The notes beneath the pieces are model-generated. The model did no database searches and had not been told where the DNA came from. It saw nothing but the letters and a program-made list of their open reading frames with translations. From assembly GCA_034780895.1 (NCBI GenBank), contig JAUZTB010000082.1, positions 2,799,736 to 2,863,735 on the forward strand: a stretch of DNA of 64,000 nt, in the 5' to 3' direction. Numbering within the stretch: the stretch's first letter is position 1; each line of letters opens with the position of its first letter. The position numbers and the translations under genes are program-made. Below are positions 1 through 64,000 of this stretch, piece by piece. This DNA comes from Rhynchobatus australiae. Lineage: Eukaryota.

Positions 1-669
1 AGTGGATTTGGTCAGAATTTTAGTGTTTTTATACCCATCTCCCTTGATTTTCCATGATCAATCCATATTAATGATTCAGATTTCCCAATGAGAATCTGCT
101 TTACATGATGCAATGGCTTCACTGGGTAAAGGAGGGTATTGTAATGCCACCTATGGTTTATTGCCTTAATCAACTCATTCTACTCCAGTAAATAGCATGG
201 TAGCAAAACACTCCAGATCCTACCTCAATCCCTGTTATACTCCAACACTGCCTCATCTGCTCTTAATGAGTTCACTGCACAACGGTAAAGCCAAACATTA
301 CTTCAATAAGCTATTCATAATAAATAACTGGCAATTATACTGGAACAGCAAATCACCCTTGGGGCTCTGCTAAACCCTTTAAAACCACACTGGTTCCATG
401 GTTTATTTAGGAAGCCATCGGAAACTCAGCCACATTACTGTCTTATACCCACTGCCAGCTATTTATTTTCCCCTGCATTTAAGAAAAGGGCTGCCTCTTC
501 AGCACATCACCAGACCTGTCCAAACACTCCTAAAGCATAAATTCAGATTCCGTACAGCAATGGCTACGTTGGAACACTGAATTAAAGGAGAAAAGAAATC
601 ACAAAAAAAAAATCAGCCATGATTTTCAGTAAAAACGTTGCCAGGTAACCCAACCTCCTTTACGCATAT

Positions 670-1319
670 ACTGCACTGTAGAACTAAATACCTTATTGAT
701 AAAAAATACATTTGTGCTATTCATACATGGCCCACCAGGTGCAAATTATTCTACATATTGGCTGCAGAGAGAAAATTCATTGAAGCAGCACATCTTTATC
801 ACACCTTGATTTGGAGTGGGGGTGAGAGTGGGGGAGGGGAAGGGAGGCAGGAAGTGAAAGGAGTACTAAATATTTATAATACAAAAATATTTAGTTTTAC
901 AGTATCAAGTACATTTGGAAAAATACAAAGGAGCCAGTTTCCTATGGAATTTTTAGAATTTAACATCAAAACCTCCAAATTCCCATGAGACTGATTCATA
1001 TAGTTCCTGTGGCACTTCTGAACAGCTGATGTGCTCTAGATGGTGTAATTGTGCAGAATGTACAGAAAAAAAGTTTACAGTTTTGCACCCCAATATAGAA
1101 ACGCAAAATGGAAATTTGCATAGATTTAAGACTAACAAAGTCATAAGATAAGACACATAATGGAATGTACAGCAAAAAAGGTTCCTTGGTAAATGTATAT
1201 GCCAACTCCAGAACACTGCTTATAGCGCTGGCGTGTGCAGGTGGTGGAGGAGAGAATGCGCGCGCATGCTCCGGGGAGTTAAAAAAGTGGGCTGGCTATG
1301 GTAAAAAAAAGTGATCAGA
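670..1319 (-). other. ACTN4: 3' UTR (3' end uncertain)
   Basis: Repeat-free sequence after the stop, with U-tracts, two UGUACAUU motifs and a C-rich tract. Candidate poly(A) signals are AATAAG at 692-697 and AATAAA at 462-467, 402-407 and 157-162. Confidence 0.55.
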
Positions 1320-52942
<51,623 letters not shown>

Positions 52943-53529
52943 TCAATTGCCGTTAAAGTGGATTTTTCTCAGAAATTAACTTGGGGGGCACTGCATGGTT
53001 GTATCGAGACTTGTTTTAAGCTCTTAAAGCCACAATAATTTCATGCTATTATTTATTCTTTAATGTGGGCAATACTGGCAGGTGATTTGGCTCTATAATC
53101 CATTTATGGGAACATAGGTTCTTGCCATTCAACACAATTGTGGCTGATGTGATTCAACCTCATGTTGTTGTCTTGATGTTCATTTCATAGTAACAAATAA
53201 CAGGTTTAATACCTGAAGGGCATCTATGAACATGTTTCTGCAACAATTCATTATTGTCCATATTAATTCAGCTGAATTCAAATACTACCTCTTACTAGGG
53301 ACTTCTAATCCACAGAACTACCATACCATAAGGTGGAAAGAGTTACATGGTTTGCAAGTTCAAACTTTACCTTCATTTGTTGCAAAAGTTTTAAGAAAAA
53401 AGGTAATGTATCAAAGCAAAGATATTTTTGTAAGACACAGTCACACTTCAAAACTGGTGCACCTGGTGCATTATATAGTTTTAGTCTCCTTACCCATAAA
53501 AGGAGTGAAGCAAGGATTCACTAAATTGT

Positions 53530-53940
53530 TTTGGTGATGTCAGGCTGAATGCAAGAGCAAAGATTGCATAGCCTAGACTTGCATTCTCTAGAGTTTAAGA
53601 GCACAAGGAGCTTCCATTGAAGCTCATCTCTTAAAGGGGCTCAACAGACCGAGGAAGTTTCCCCTGACCCTCTTTTCAGAATAAAAAGGGATGACTGCTT
53701 GGGACTGAGGCGAGAGGAAATTTCTTCATGCAGAGCATTGCAACACATTGAAATTTGCCACCCCGCAAAGCTGGAGGCTCAGTCAAGGAGTTCATTCAAA
53801 ATAAAGGTAGGCTCATGGATAGTAAAGGAATCCAGGGATATGGGGATAATGCAAGAAAATGGCACAGAGGAAAAGATCAGCCATGATCATAATGAATATT
53901 AAAGCAGGCTCAAATGGCCTACTCCCATTTCAAATGTTCC
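53530..53940 (+). mobile_element. CR1-type LINE 3' fragment
   Basis: Inverted similarity to 6100-6550; ends gatcagccatgatc...ggcctactcc. Confidence 0.7.
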
Positions 53941-55444
53941 CATAGCTATCCATTGACAAAAGAGCTATTGCTTACTGCAAGGGTTATCGGAGCAGATCAG
54001 TTTTCTGAGCACCCAAATCAGTAATATGCAAAGCAAACCTTTCAAATTGACTTTCAAACAGCTCATTGTGTGCATCACGAATGTCATTCAGCATTGAGAT
54101 ATAACAGTGGATTAGTAATCCAGACCAATAATCCAGAAACACAATTTCCCCCAACACAAAATTCTCTAGCTGTTAAACAGCCATAAGTCAGTATTGGGAA
54201 CCATGAAACTAACAAAATGTTTAAAAACCTGCATAGTTCATTGATGTCCTTCAGAAGAAGTTTGGTCTACATGCAACTCTAGACCTAGAGCAATGTGATC
54301 CTTATCTGGCATCTGAAATTGCCTAGCCAGCCACCCAACTGCCAAGGCAACATCTTAGCCTTAACTGATGTTGAGAAGTGATCAGAATTAAAAGTTGGTG
54401 TTACCAACATTTCCCACATCCAATGAATGGATGGATTGAGCTGATAAACTCTAAATCAGCCAATGGTTATAACAAGTCTAATTTCATTTTAGAATTCTAA
54501 ACCACTAAACTTCTATGCAAATTCAAACCAGCAACTCTGCATTCCCTTTACTAACAGGACTCAAATTAAATTTGCTCATCACTATTGTACACAGTTCCAG
54601 ATGCTAAATCTTGTTTCCTTTTGACATCCTTAATTTCAAAATATGCTCCTCGTCCTCAAACCCACGCTCTAAATTCTCCAGACCACAAAAGCATTTATAG
54701 CCAATGTGCATTCCACAAATTCAACCATGCAAAGCCAGAGCTGGCTTTATAAATACTGGAATGAAAAATTGAGAGCTCAAGCCAATTCTGAAGCAAAACA
54801 TGAGAAAACTCCTCTAAAGATAAATGGTCTACTCAGTTTAAGTCAACCTAGACACCAGACTCAAACTGCTTTATTGATGTCAAGTTGTACATAGACATTG
54901 CAGACTGTGCAAATTTATCCTTTAAATCCACTCTAATAACCCCACAAAAAATGTTTCAAAAGTATTCAGAGGGGGAAGGAAAAGCAAACCAGCCAATGAA
55001 GAAAGGCACAGTTGTCAAGATGGGTTTCAAGGAGGCTTTAAAAATTAGCGAGGGAATTGTAGGAACCAAATGGGGGTTTCCAGAACAGATGCAACCAAGA
55101 AGCTGCACTAAATGGTAGAGCACTGGAAGGCATTAATTCACTGAAGACCAGAGATGGAGAAGCAAAAGCAAGAGTAAAGATTGCATGTAAGACAAGACCA
55201 AAAGGAGGACCTAAAGAAGCGGGCTGGACAAGCCTATTCGTTTCTCGAATGGCTGGACTGTTGGGTTTGAACTGTAACTGAGCTTGAATAGAATGCTGTG
55301 GTAGCTTAGACTGAATTAATAATTAGGAAAGGGGATTGAGGTGTAGGTTACAAACAAGGTGTCAAGAATTGAGGGAAAGCAGCAAAAATTGCTTTTATTC
55401 TGTTCTCCAAGTAGGTATTCTTCATTACTTGGCTTCCCAATTTA

Positions 55445-56100
55445 TAGTCATAAAGTAATATAACACAGAAACAGGGCCTTTAACCCAACTCATCCATGCC
55501 AACCAAAATGCCCATCTAAGCTTGTTGCATTTGCTCGTGTTTGGCCCACATCCCCCTAAACCTTTCATACCATGTATCTGTCCAAGTGTCTTAAATGTTA
55601 TTATGCCCATCTCAACCACTTCCTCTGGCAGCTCGCTCCAATTATCCACCACTCTCCGTATGAAGTTACCACCACTCAGGTCCCTTTTAAATCTTTCCCC
55701 TCCCACCTTAAACTTATGCCCTCTAGTTCTTGATTGGGGGAAAAAAAAGAGTGCATTCACCCTATCTGTGCTCTCATGATTTTACGCACCTCTAAGGACA
55801 CCCCTCAGTCTACCCAACCTCTCCCTAGATCTCAGGCCCTCGAATCCTGGCAACTTTCTCTTAAGTCTTCTTTGTACTCTTTCAAGGTTAATTAAGTATT
55901 TCCAGCTTAATTAAGGCTTTCCTATAGCAGGGTGATCAAAACCATACACAATACTCCAGGTGTAGCTTCACCAACATCACGTAAACTGTAACACAACATC
56001 CCAACTTGTATACTCAATGTCCTGACTGAAAGCCAGTGTGCCAAATCACCACTTGTACTCCTAGGTCCTTTAGTTCTAGGACACTCCCTTTCACATTGAA
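55445..56100 (-). mobile_element. CR1-type LINE 3' fragment
   Basis: SRTRGHKFKVGGERFKRDL...WSELPEEVVE; homologous to 1525-2200. Confidence 0.85.
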
Positions 56101-57899
56101 AGTCCTGGTTTGACTTCCCATTTTAGGGTATCAGCCTCAGTAACCTCCACATTTCATGTTTCAGTCTACACGATGGATGTACACAATTTTAAACAAACCT
56201 AGGTACAAACTACAGTCTCATCTTGGTTTTACATGTCACACATTAGACTACACACAAGTAACCCACTTTTATTTAGCAAGATTGCTTGGTGTTTTAAAAG
56301 TGAATTAAAATTGCCTTGTAAATTTCCTGCCTTCATCTCAAGCATACCACCTGAACATATATAGTTCACATTCTAGGCATTTCATAAAGCAAGAATCTTT
56401 CAGTACAGGATGGTTCCAAATAAAACATGAAATAGCAAATCAGTAGAACTGTCACAAAACAATACTTAAAGTTATGGGAATTATTCTTTGCTGCAATCGT
56501 GGTGAAAACAGAAACCAACACTGGAAACAGCTATTTGGTTCGTGAAATAATGATATGGGATTTATCGTAAATGAAACAGGCCCATTCAACTTAATGAGCT
56601 TTCAAGTTTTTGTAAATGCTTATTCTCTACNNNNNNNNNNNNNNNNNNNNNNNNNNNNNNNNNNNNNNNNNNNNNNNNNNNNNNNNNNNNNNNNNNNNNN
56701 NNNNNNNNNNNNNNNNNNNNNNNNNNNNNNTATTCTCTACACTAGATCTCTTTTACCATTGAGCTTTACAGACCCAAAATAAAAGAAACTTTAATACTGA
56801 ACACAATAATAATGTGATACCATGATTACCTTTTATCAATTTTGTTTTCCAAGTAATTAGAAAGCACTATGCCGTAAATCTTTCACACAACATAAATATT
56901 TCCACCTTGATGGCATTTTACCATAGTTGCCACTTAATAATTATACTCATTACAGTCAAGTGCACAGAGGCCCTATTCAAATACATATAATAAACCCATT
57001 TAACTAGGGAGTCTGCAAATTTGCACAATGTTCCACTTAGGTCAATGACTTTTGCAAACAATTTTAATCCTACACACAGTCTCTGTACAGTGTTACAGGG
57101 GTTGACTTTTTGGCTAGAATTGCAAACTAAAATCTGAGGTAATTGCTTTCAGGTCAGTACCAATCTCTCAGAACACAGACAGCATTTAGCTGATAAAAAG
57201 ATGGTAGCAATTACATACATCATAACTGTTAAATCAGAACTATACATAACTACAAATACTTCTGCCAGTTTCCTAAAAGAATCAAGAAAATGCTAGGTGG
57301 CGGCTAAGTTTATAACTATAACCAGGTCTCTGAATAATGTTGATTAAGACCACCTTTCATCTGAAAGAGCAAGGCATGTTAAGCAAAACACATGAAAATT
57401 AAGAATAAGCCATTCTCTTCCTGCTGTGTCCTACACATTTTGCAGGTTAAAAGAATAATAATTTTAAACTACTGAGCAATTCAGGCAATATGTTTTGATC
57501 AGCATAATTTTGCTACTACTATATTCCCTGAACCAAGGTACGTCAGTTTTACCTCACTGCTTGACATTTTAAACCAATTGAACAAACAGTTTGAACCATC
57601 TGGAGCAATGCCAGCTAAATGAAGTCAATGTGACCTAACTCAATTTGGTAAGATAGAAGATTTTCATACCACTTATTAATGCTTTAGAACTGCACTAAAT
57701 ATTTAATATAAAACAAACCTGTAAAAGTGTCATTTTAATGCTAGAATGGATCAACTCACTTTTTTTTAAAAAGGTAAAAAGCATGATAAAGGTGACTGAA
57801 GGCATAATGGTAAAATAATCTCAGAAGATAGCAAGGAGTTTAATATGAAAATTGGAAGAAATGCTTTGAAGATCAGCGACTGAGTAGACATAATTTGGT

Positions 57900-58400
57900 A
57901 GTGGCGGGGCCAAAATAGACAGGGAGGAAGTTGAAAAGCAAATCAGTAATATAGCAATTGAATGGCAGCCTCACCATAAGGAAATCGTAGGAGTCTTCTT
58001 AAAGGCCTCAAAGATATGGGAGAATTTTAAGTGACATTGAACCATTGTAATTGTTTAATGTCACTGCATACAATGGCATTTTCCTTCAACCTGAAAATAG
58101 CTCTTAAAACTGAAAGGTCTGAATCTGATCTAAACACACCAGAATAGACAGACATATGGTTAAGAAACTATGCTGGAAACTTCAGATCAATCACATTAAA
58201 AACCACATGTGAAAATCTGACAGGCTCTACACAATTTGACATTTTCATCTTTTATCATATCCACTTATCTCGATCTAAGGTCATTATGATGCTATAGTGG
58301 TGCTATAATGAATTCCCAAGTTACAGAGCAGGAAGATCGCAACTTTGATGCTTACAAAGTACTACAAATGAGAGCAAAAAATATGGAGAGTTGGGAGTCA
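57900..58400 (+). mobile_element. Possible very old LINE RT remnant
   Basis: GIF..LKIA-like and NFRSITL-like traces only. Confidence 0.3.
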
Positions 58401-61400
58401 GTAGAAAGAGTGAAGGATATCAATTGAAAATAAAAATCCATAAACTTACTGGGCATCAAAAAGGTGAAAATCAATGGGGAAGAGAAAAGGTTAAGGAAAT
58501 GTTTGCATTCCAGAATGATATGGCAAAGGAGAACTGATAGTTAAAGATAGTCATAATAGATCAGGTATTGGGCATCAAGTCCAATTGTGCATCATGAACA
58601 CCCAAGCCTGCAAACCTTGATTTTAGGAAACAATGGCAGCTGTTATTCTACAAGAATATAGTGGCAAGCAGATGCAAAATATCTAATGGCCACAAAAGAC
58701 ACTGAATTCAAAATAAGCTAATGATAAACAGATCAAGGAAGGTAATGTGTTGGTTCAAAGTTTAAAAAAAGGAGTTGGTAACTACTTTAAAGCTTCAGAA
58801 GTTTTTTTTGTTGCAGAGCAAGACATTAGGTGTGCTGCCAAGCATGGCAAGTAGACAAAAGAAACAAAGGATTAGTTAGAAGTGACCTATTTATCATGTG
58901 GATTCCAATTGCAGTGAGGTTTCATAGAGTAATGGAACATGCATTTACATCTAGAAACCTTTTTACTGGTCATTACAAGCTTCTCTTCCTTTTTAATTAC
59001 AGCAAGGAACCTTAGAAGCAGGTGATGATAGAATCAGCAATCAGAACCAGTTGCAACTTGCACTGTAACCATTAGCTGAACCAACAGAATAATGTAAAAC
59101 AATTACAAATCCCAAAATTTTCGTAATTAATTGCTCTGTAGCTTAAACTCAATTGCAAGGAACATGCCATCAAAATCAAGTGCCTTTAAACGATCCTTAT
59201 CACCTGTTAAACCATCTTAATGAACTTCATATTCCTAGTTAATGAGATACACTAAGTCATCTCTAAATTGTATACAAAAGGTGTGCATTTATATACACTT
59301 TAAATATCCACAACTTCTCATTTTTAAAATAGAAATTAGTGGCAAATTCTCAACAAGCACTTTTCTTCAATGCCACAGTCAGCTAACTCAAATGGTAAAT
59401 TTGCTCATTTCATGACTTCCAGTCATAACAATCACAGTTACAACATTTTTGGCTGATGAGATCATGCACTGAATTTAAGCATCCAGTACAGCATGTGTTT
59501 TTACACAAGCCCACCACCCATACCGTGAAGCAGTTTTCAACAGCCAAAAGATTTAGCAATGATATTTTATACATCTTTAGCAAATCAAGAAATGTATCAT
59601 GCATCAAAGATACAGCTATTGTGCTTGTATTTACGCATTTGCCATGTCAGTAGTTACTTGTTTATACTGTACCCAAGTAGCAGTTAAGTACAAGGGAAAG
59701 AATTCTCCCCCACTGCCCAACCTCAAGCCAGAAGTAAATTGCAATGTTTCAGAAAATGACAGGAATAACAAGTAGTTTTATCAAGAATTCAATAACCATT
59801 CAGGCACATGATTATAATTTGACAGAGTGGTTGACTAAAATTGTGGTAAATGTAGTTCAATGTGGGCAAATTGAGATCATCCAATACAGCACCAGGAGTG
59901 ATAATTATTTTCTTAATATTAATATAGGAACAGAAGAGAATGGAGAGAGACTAGAGTACAATACTCAAATTAAAGCCTCGTAGAGAAGTTAAAAAGGAGA
60001 CCAATTGTTGACCTTATTGGCAAGCGACCGAAATATATTACAGACATCTAAGAATTTTTAATACCGATAAAGCAAACTAATCCTGCACAGCTCGGTTTTG
60101 GGCACAACACTTTTCAAAACCAAACTGTATAAAACATCTATTGCTGTGATTGTGGGATTTTTTGGCCTGATCCAATTGAGTTAATAATAATTTCAAATAC
60201 ATATTTCAGGTAGATGGAAGGGAGAATTCAAGAATTTTAAATTCTCAAGATCCTATCTTCTAAATTCAGATACCACTTCCAAAGTGGAATAGAAATTGGG
60301 AACACTTCTTCAGTTTGAACAGAGAAATTAAAGCTTTCAAAACTATTTAGCCAGAAAATGAAATTCAGTTGGCCATCTGATGAAGTGGCAGAAAATACTC
60401 AGATAGCCCACTCCTTTACTCAAATTGATTAAAATCTTTGAACAAGAGAGGTAAAGATATTTTAGAATTGGTAAAAATCCAAAACAAGTCGACATGGTCA
60501 TCAACCATCAGTCCCTCACAAAATTGTGAAATAGGTTGTGCAAATGGGTACAAAAATGTATGATTGATTATAATCTAAGTGGAGAAGAGTATTAAGCACA
60601 TCTGNNNNNNNNNNNNNNNNNNNNNNNNNNNNNNNNNNNNNNNNNNNNNNNNNNNNNNNNNNNCCACCTCCCCAAAATTCATATTTCTTGTAATCCACAC
60701 ACACACAGCTGCTGGGCTAGAACAACTAGATTTAGCTGCAATCATTTTTTTCCCTTGGCAAAGGGAAGGGAAGTGGAGAAAACAGGCAAGGCAGCAGTCC
60801 AGCACCAATATCCCAATCTACAGGCTATTCATGTGACCATGACAAGGGCAGAGGACAATTTACAAATAACATGTCATTTTCTTTTAGATGTTGAGTACAA
60901 CAGGAAATAATGTTCAAGCTAGCAAGCAGAAACTATTCAGTTTATAAAAAGTAAAAATTCATAAATTCAGGTAACATACAGATAAATGCCACATTTGAAG
61001 TTCATTATTAAAAACAAAAATTATTAGAATAATTGTTGGCTATGTAATCACCGCTATTCTAGAATTAATACGAAGTAGACCCCTTTCCCATTGAAAGGCC
61101 TTTTAGCATTAGTGATTAGGAGATTAGCAACTTTGCTTTTAAGAGGCAACAGGTTTCTCAGAGCAGTTTGCTTGAGTATGGAAAATGACTTGTGAAATGT
61201 TATTGGCAATAAGCTAGTTTCCATTCACTGATGCAAATCCTGCCAGGATTTGGCTACTGTGGGCAGCCAAGAACATGGCAGGGTGGCCCTTGAGGGAGAA
61301 AAAATACTTACAAATAAGTGTCAATGGTATCAGAACCCTTGAAAGCACCTGCCCTAATGAAAATACCTTCACGAGAATTTGTTTCTCCCACCCACCCCCT

Positions 61401-64000
61401 TCACAGCCATGGTCAAATGGTCACCCAACTTATTAATAGATTAATGTGGCAGTGGATCAAACTGGGAAGAGAAATACCTGTAGAATTCAAATGTTAAAGC
61501 TTATTGTGCAATTACCTACTTTAGCAAGCACAGCAAGTTTTATGACTTCTATGCATAACATGGGAAGTATTAGCAGACAGTGTAAAATTCAAATTCCATA
61601 CTAGTTCTTCCACAACTATGATAAATTAATAATTTTCTGTGCTGTCTCTACAGAATGCTTTTGGAAGTGGTGTTTGGTGAAAGAATTGGTAGAATTTCAC
61701 ACAACTTACAGCCCTAGAAAAAGAAAGCTAGAAGCCCACAATGAAAAAGTATTTTACTCTAAACTAGTGAACAAACTGGACAATGTTTAGGGGGCACAGC
61801 AATCTGTATGTAGACTGGCATTAGAGCATGGAACATTTACCACAAGGAGAGGAGAAATAAAAAAAGTTAGTAAAGCTGAATGAAGGAAAATGCAAAGCTG
61901 TAGGAATACAAGATATTAGCTTTAGTTCTAACAAAGGAAGCAGTTATAATGGGCCAATTGATCCCTTCTTAGCTTTCAACTTTTAGGAGAAATTCAACTT
62001 TAGATCATAAATACACACTTTAAGAGTTAGCTTTCTACAGATCATTTCTGCACTAATACCACAGGTCTAAATTTTTAATTAAAAAAAATCTATTCATGAT
62101 TATACAACCCTCTCGTCCCAGGAACGAGCCTGGTAAATCCCTTCTGGACTGCCTCTGATGGTAGTAATATCCTATCCCAAATAAGGGAAGCAAAACTAAT
62201 GTGAAGCTGTTCAACCTACAGCAACTACACTCCAGAACCAAGGTGACCCAACACCTTTGTAGAATACAGATTATTCTTATTTGCACATGCTCAGAGGCCA
62301 GGCTTCGAGCCATTGGCAACACCATCATTGAAGCATGGGTGGGGGGAGAAAAAAAGGCCTTACACATCTGCAAGAGAAAAATATCCCCCTACCAACTTTC
62401 CCCTGCTATAGCACACTTCCTTCTGACATTGAAAGTTCAGAGCGAGACCCTGAAAACACGAACCACTTCCCACATCTCAGACACTCTCTCTCTCTCTAAG
62501 GCAGACAGATGGAAATTCACCACCCTTGTTATTATCAGCAGCCTTTAGTCACTGGACAAAAAAAAGTATTTGAAGATTAAGACCTCAGACCTGGCACAAA
62601 GCTCACACTCCCTTACCCATTTTTGTATTGAAATTTTTACTTTAAATGTCACTCCACCCAACTATCCTAACTGCAAAGTTTTCTCCACCCTTGTCTCTTT
62701 CCAAATTAAATTTTCAGATGAGTAATAAACCCCAAGTAGCCTCTTCCAGTACTCAAGGTGTGAAAAACATACTTCAATTTCTAGACAATCCATACACATT
62801 CACTTACCTATCCAACTCTTTATAGATTGTTTCTACAGCCGTAATCCTACTCATCATTCTAGTTTCTAACCTTCCCATCCATTTTAAGAATGCTCTACCT
62901 GTATTTTTAAACTCAAAACATTGAGGATAAATTCAAATGGACGTACTTTATGGCTTCCAGATTCATTGTTTCTACTGTGCCAGCCTAAATAATGTGAGCT
63001 TGAAATTCCACTTAAAGCAAGCAAGGTCCAAGGGGAAGGTTCAAAAATCAATGTTAAATTACTACCCATTGCTCAAATGTCTTTAACACTGCCTCCCTTA
63101 CCTAGTTCTTTCCTTATTTACACAAGCAAGCTGACTACATGCACAAAGTATGCACATTTACTGACAAGCATTGTATATTTTAAAAAAAAGAGATTTTGTA
63201 GATGGCAGATCATTTATTCTACAGCACTGTGTACTTGTAAACTGCCCAGTATTAATGTCTCTCAACACATTCTTGTCTAAACCAAAACGAGGGTGTTCCA
63301 CTTTCAATGTCTCCTTTGTAGAACATCTGAAGAGTTTGGGGGGAAAAAAAAGCAGAGTCGCCTTTCAGTAGCATGATGATTTCATAGCCGACTCAGATTC
63401 TGCTATGCAGATAACACTGTCCTTCAACAAAAGCCACTCCCCAGGTAATGCTTCAACGAGATTACCTTATAAGGTTAAGCTGCTCAGTTCCAGAACCAAG
63501 TATTACATAATCTAGGTGTGGCATACCAGAAGTAGCTGCTGTACAGCCATTTTATTAGACTAGTGGGATGGAACAGGATTAGTGGCAGGCTTCTTACACA
63601 ATTCAAATGACTAATTGCAATACCCCACACTACAATACTTTATGGTTTACTGTACTATGGCAAGTAATCCAATTTTTTTTAAAAAAGGTTTCTAAGTACA
63701 GAAGTCAAAAGAAAATACATCATGCACTTAATGCACAAAGACTGCAAAATCTTGCCACAAATGCTGTAAATCAATTAACAGACAGAAACCAGTCTTTGAA
63801 AAAAATTAGAAAGTCCCTTAGTATTCACTGAATTTAAGGTCATCTCAACCTTAAGAACAAATTTTACAAGAGCAATGCCTTAAGTACATTAGGCCAGAAA
63901 TATGGTAGGTTATTACAATCAATTTGCAAGTTAAAATGGTGATAAATCTAACATGTAAACAAATCATTTTGGGGACAGGGAGAAAAGGCCATTAAGTTAT

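Noticed and set aside
53100-53109. Perfect CArG box CCATTTATGG in intron 1
   Set aside because: Plausible for an SRF target gene, but several are expected by chance in 64 kb of AT-rich DNA and it abuts a decayed repeat.
60371-60408. CTGATGA...GAAA as a hammerhead ribozyme
   Set aside because: There is no stem II, and the flanking inverted repeat pairs with the core itself.

Overview
This window is eukaryotic vertebrate genomic DNA, AT-rich and CpG-depleted, from a draft assembly with N gaps. The repeat content (CR1 LINEs, V-SINE/HE1-like and Deu-domain SINEs, Penelope-type repeats) points to a cartilaginous fish; that is an inference. Essentially the whole window is one minus-strand non-muscle alpha-actinin gene, best called ACTN4. 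I located exons 2-21 by hand. All have GT-AG boundaries and compatible phases, and the 8a+19a path gives 2574 nt = 857 codons plus TAA (stop at 1320-1322). Exon 1 lies beyond base 64000. Both mutually exclusive exon pairs are present: 8a/8b in the actin-binding CH2 domain and 19a/19b in the EF-hand region. The most interesting signal is non-coding. Two near-identical 13-nt elements lie one downstream of exon 8a and one downstream of exon 8b, and both are complementary to a single site in the intron before exon 9 that sits in a GCAUG (RBFOX) cluster. This is a candidate docking-site/selector competing RNA structure. The 19a/19b cassette has long AG-exclusion zones and a candidate branch point only 40 nt from the upstream donor. 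Other points of note are a CR1 insertion with twin-priming geometry, decayed Penelope-type hammerhead cores, a hairpin enclosing the stop codon, and an unusual EF2 loop. Comparisons with human proteins are from memory, not from a database search, and repeat boundaries are approximate. Most entries in the ORF track are spurious.
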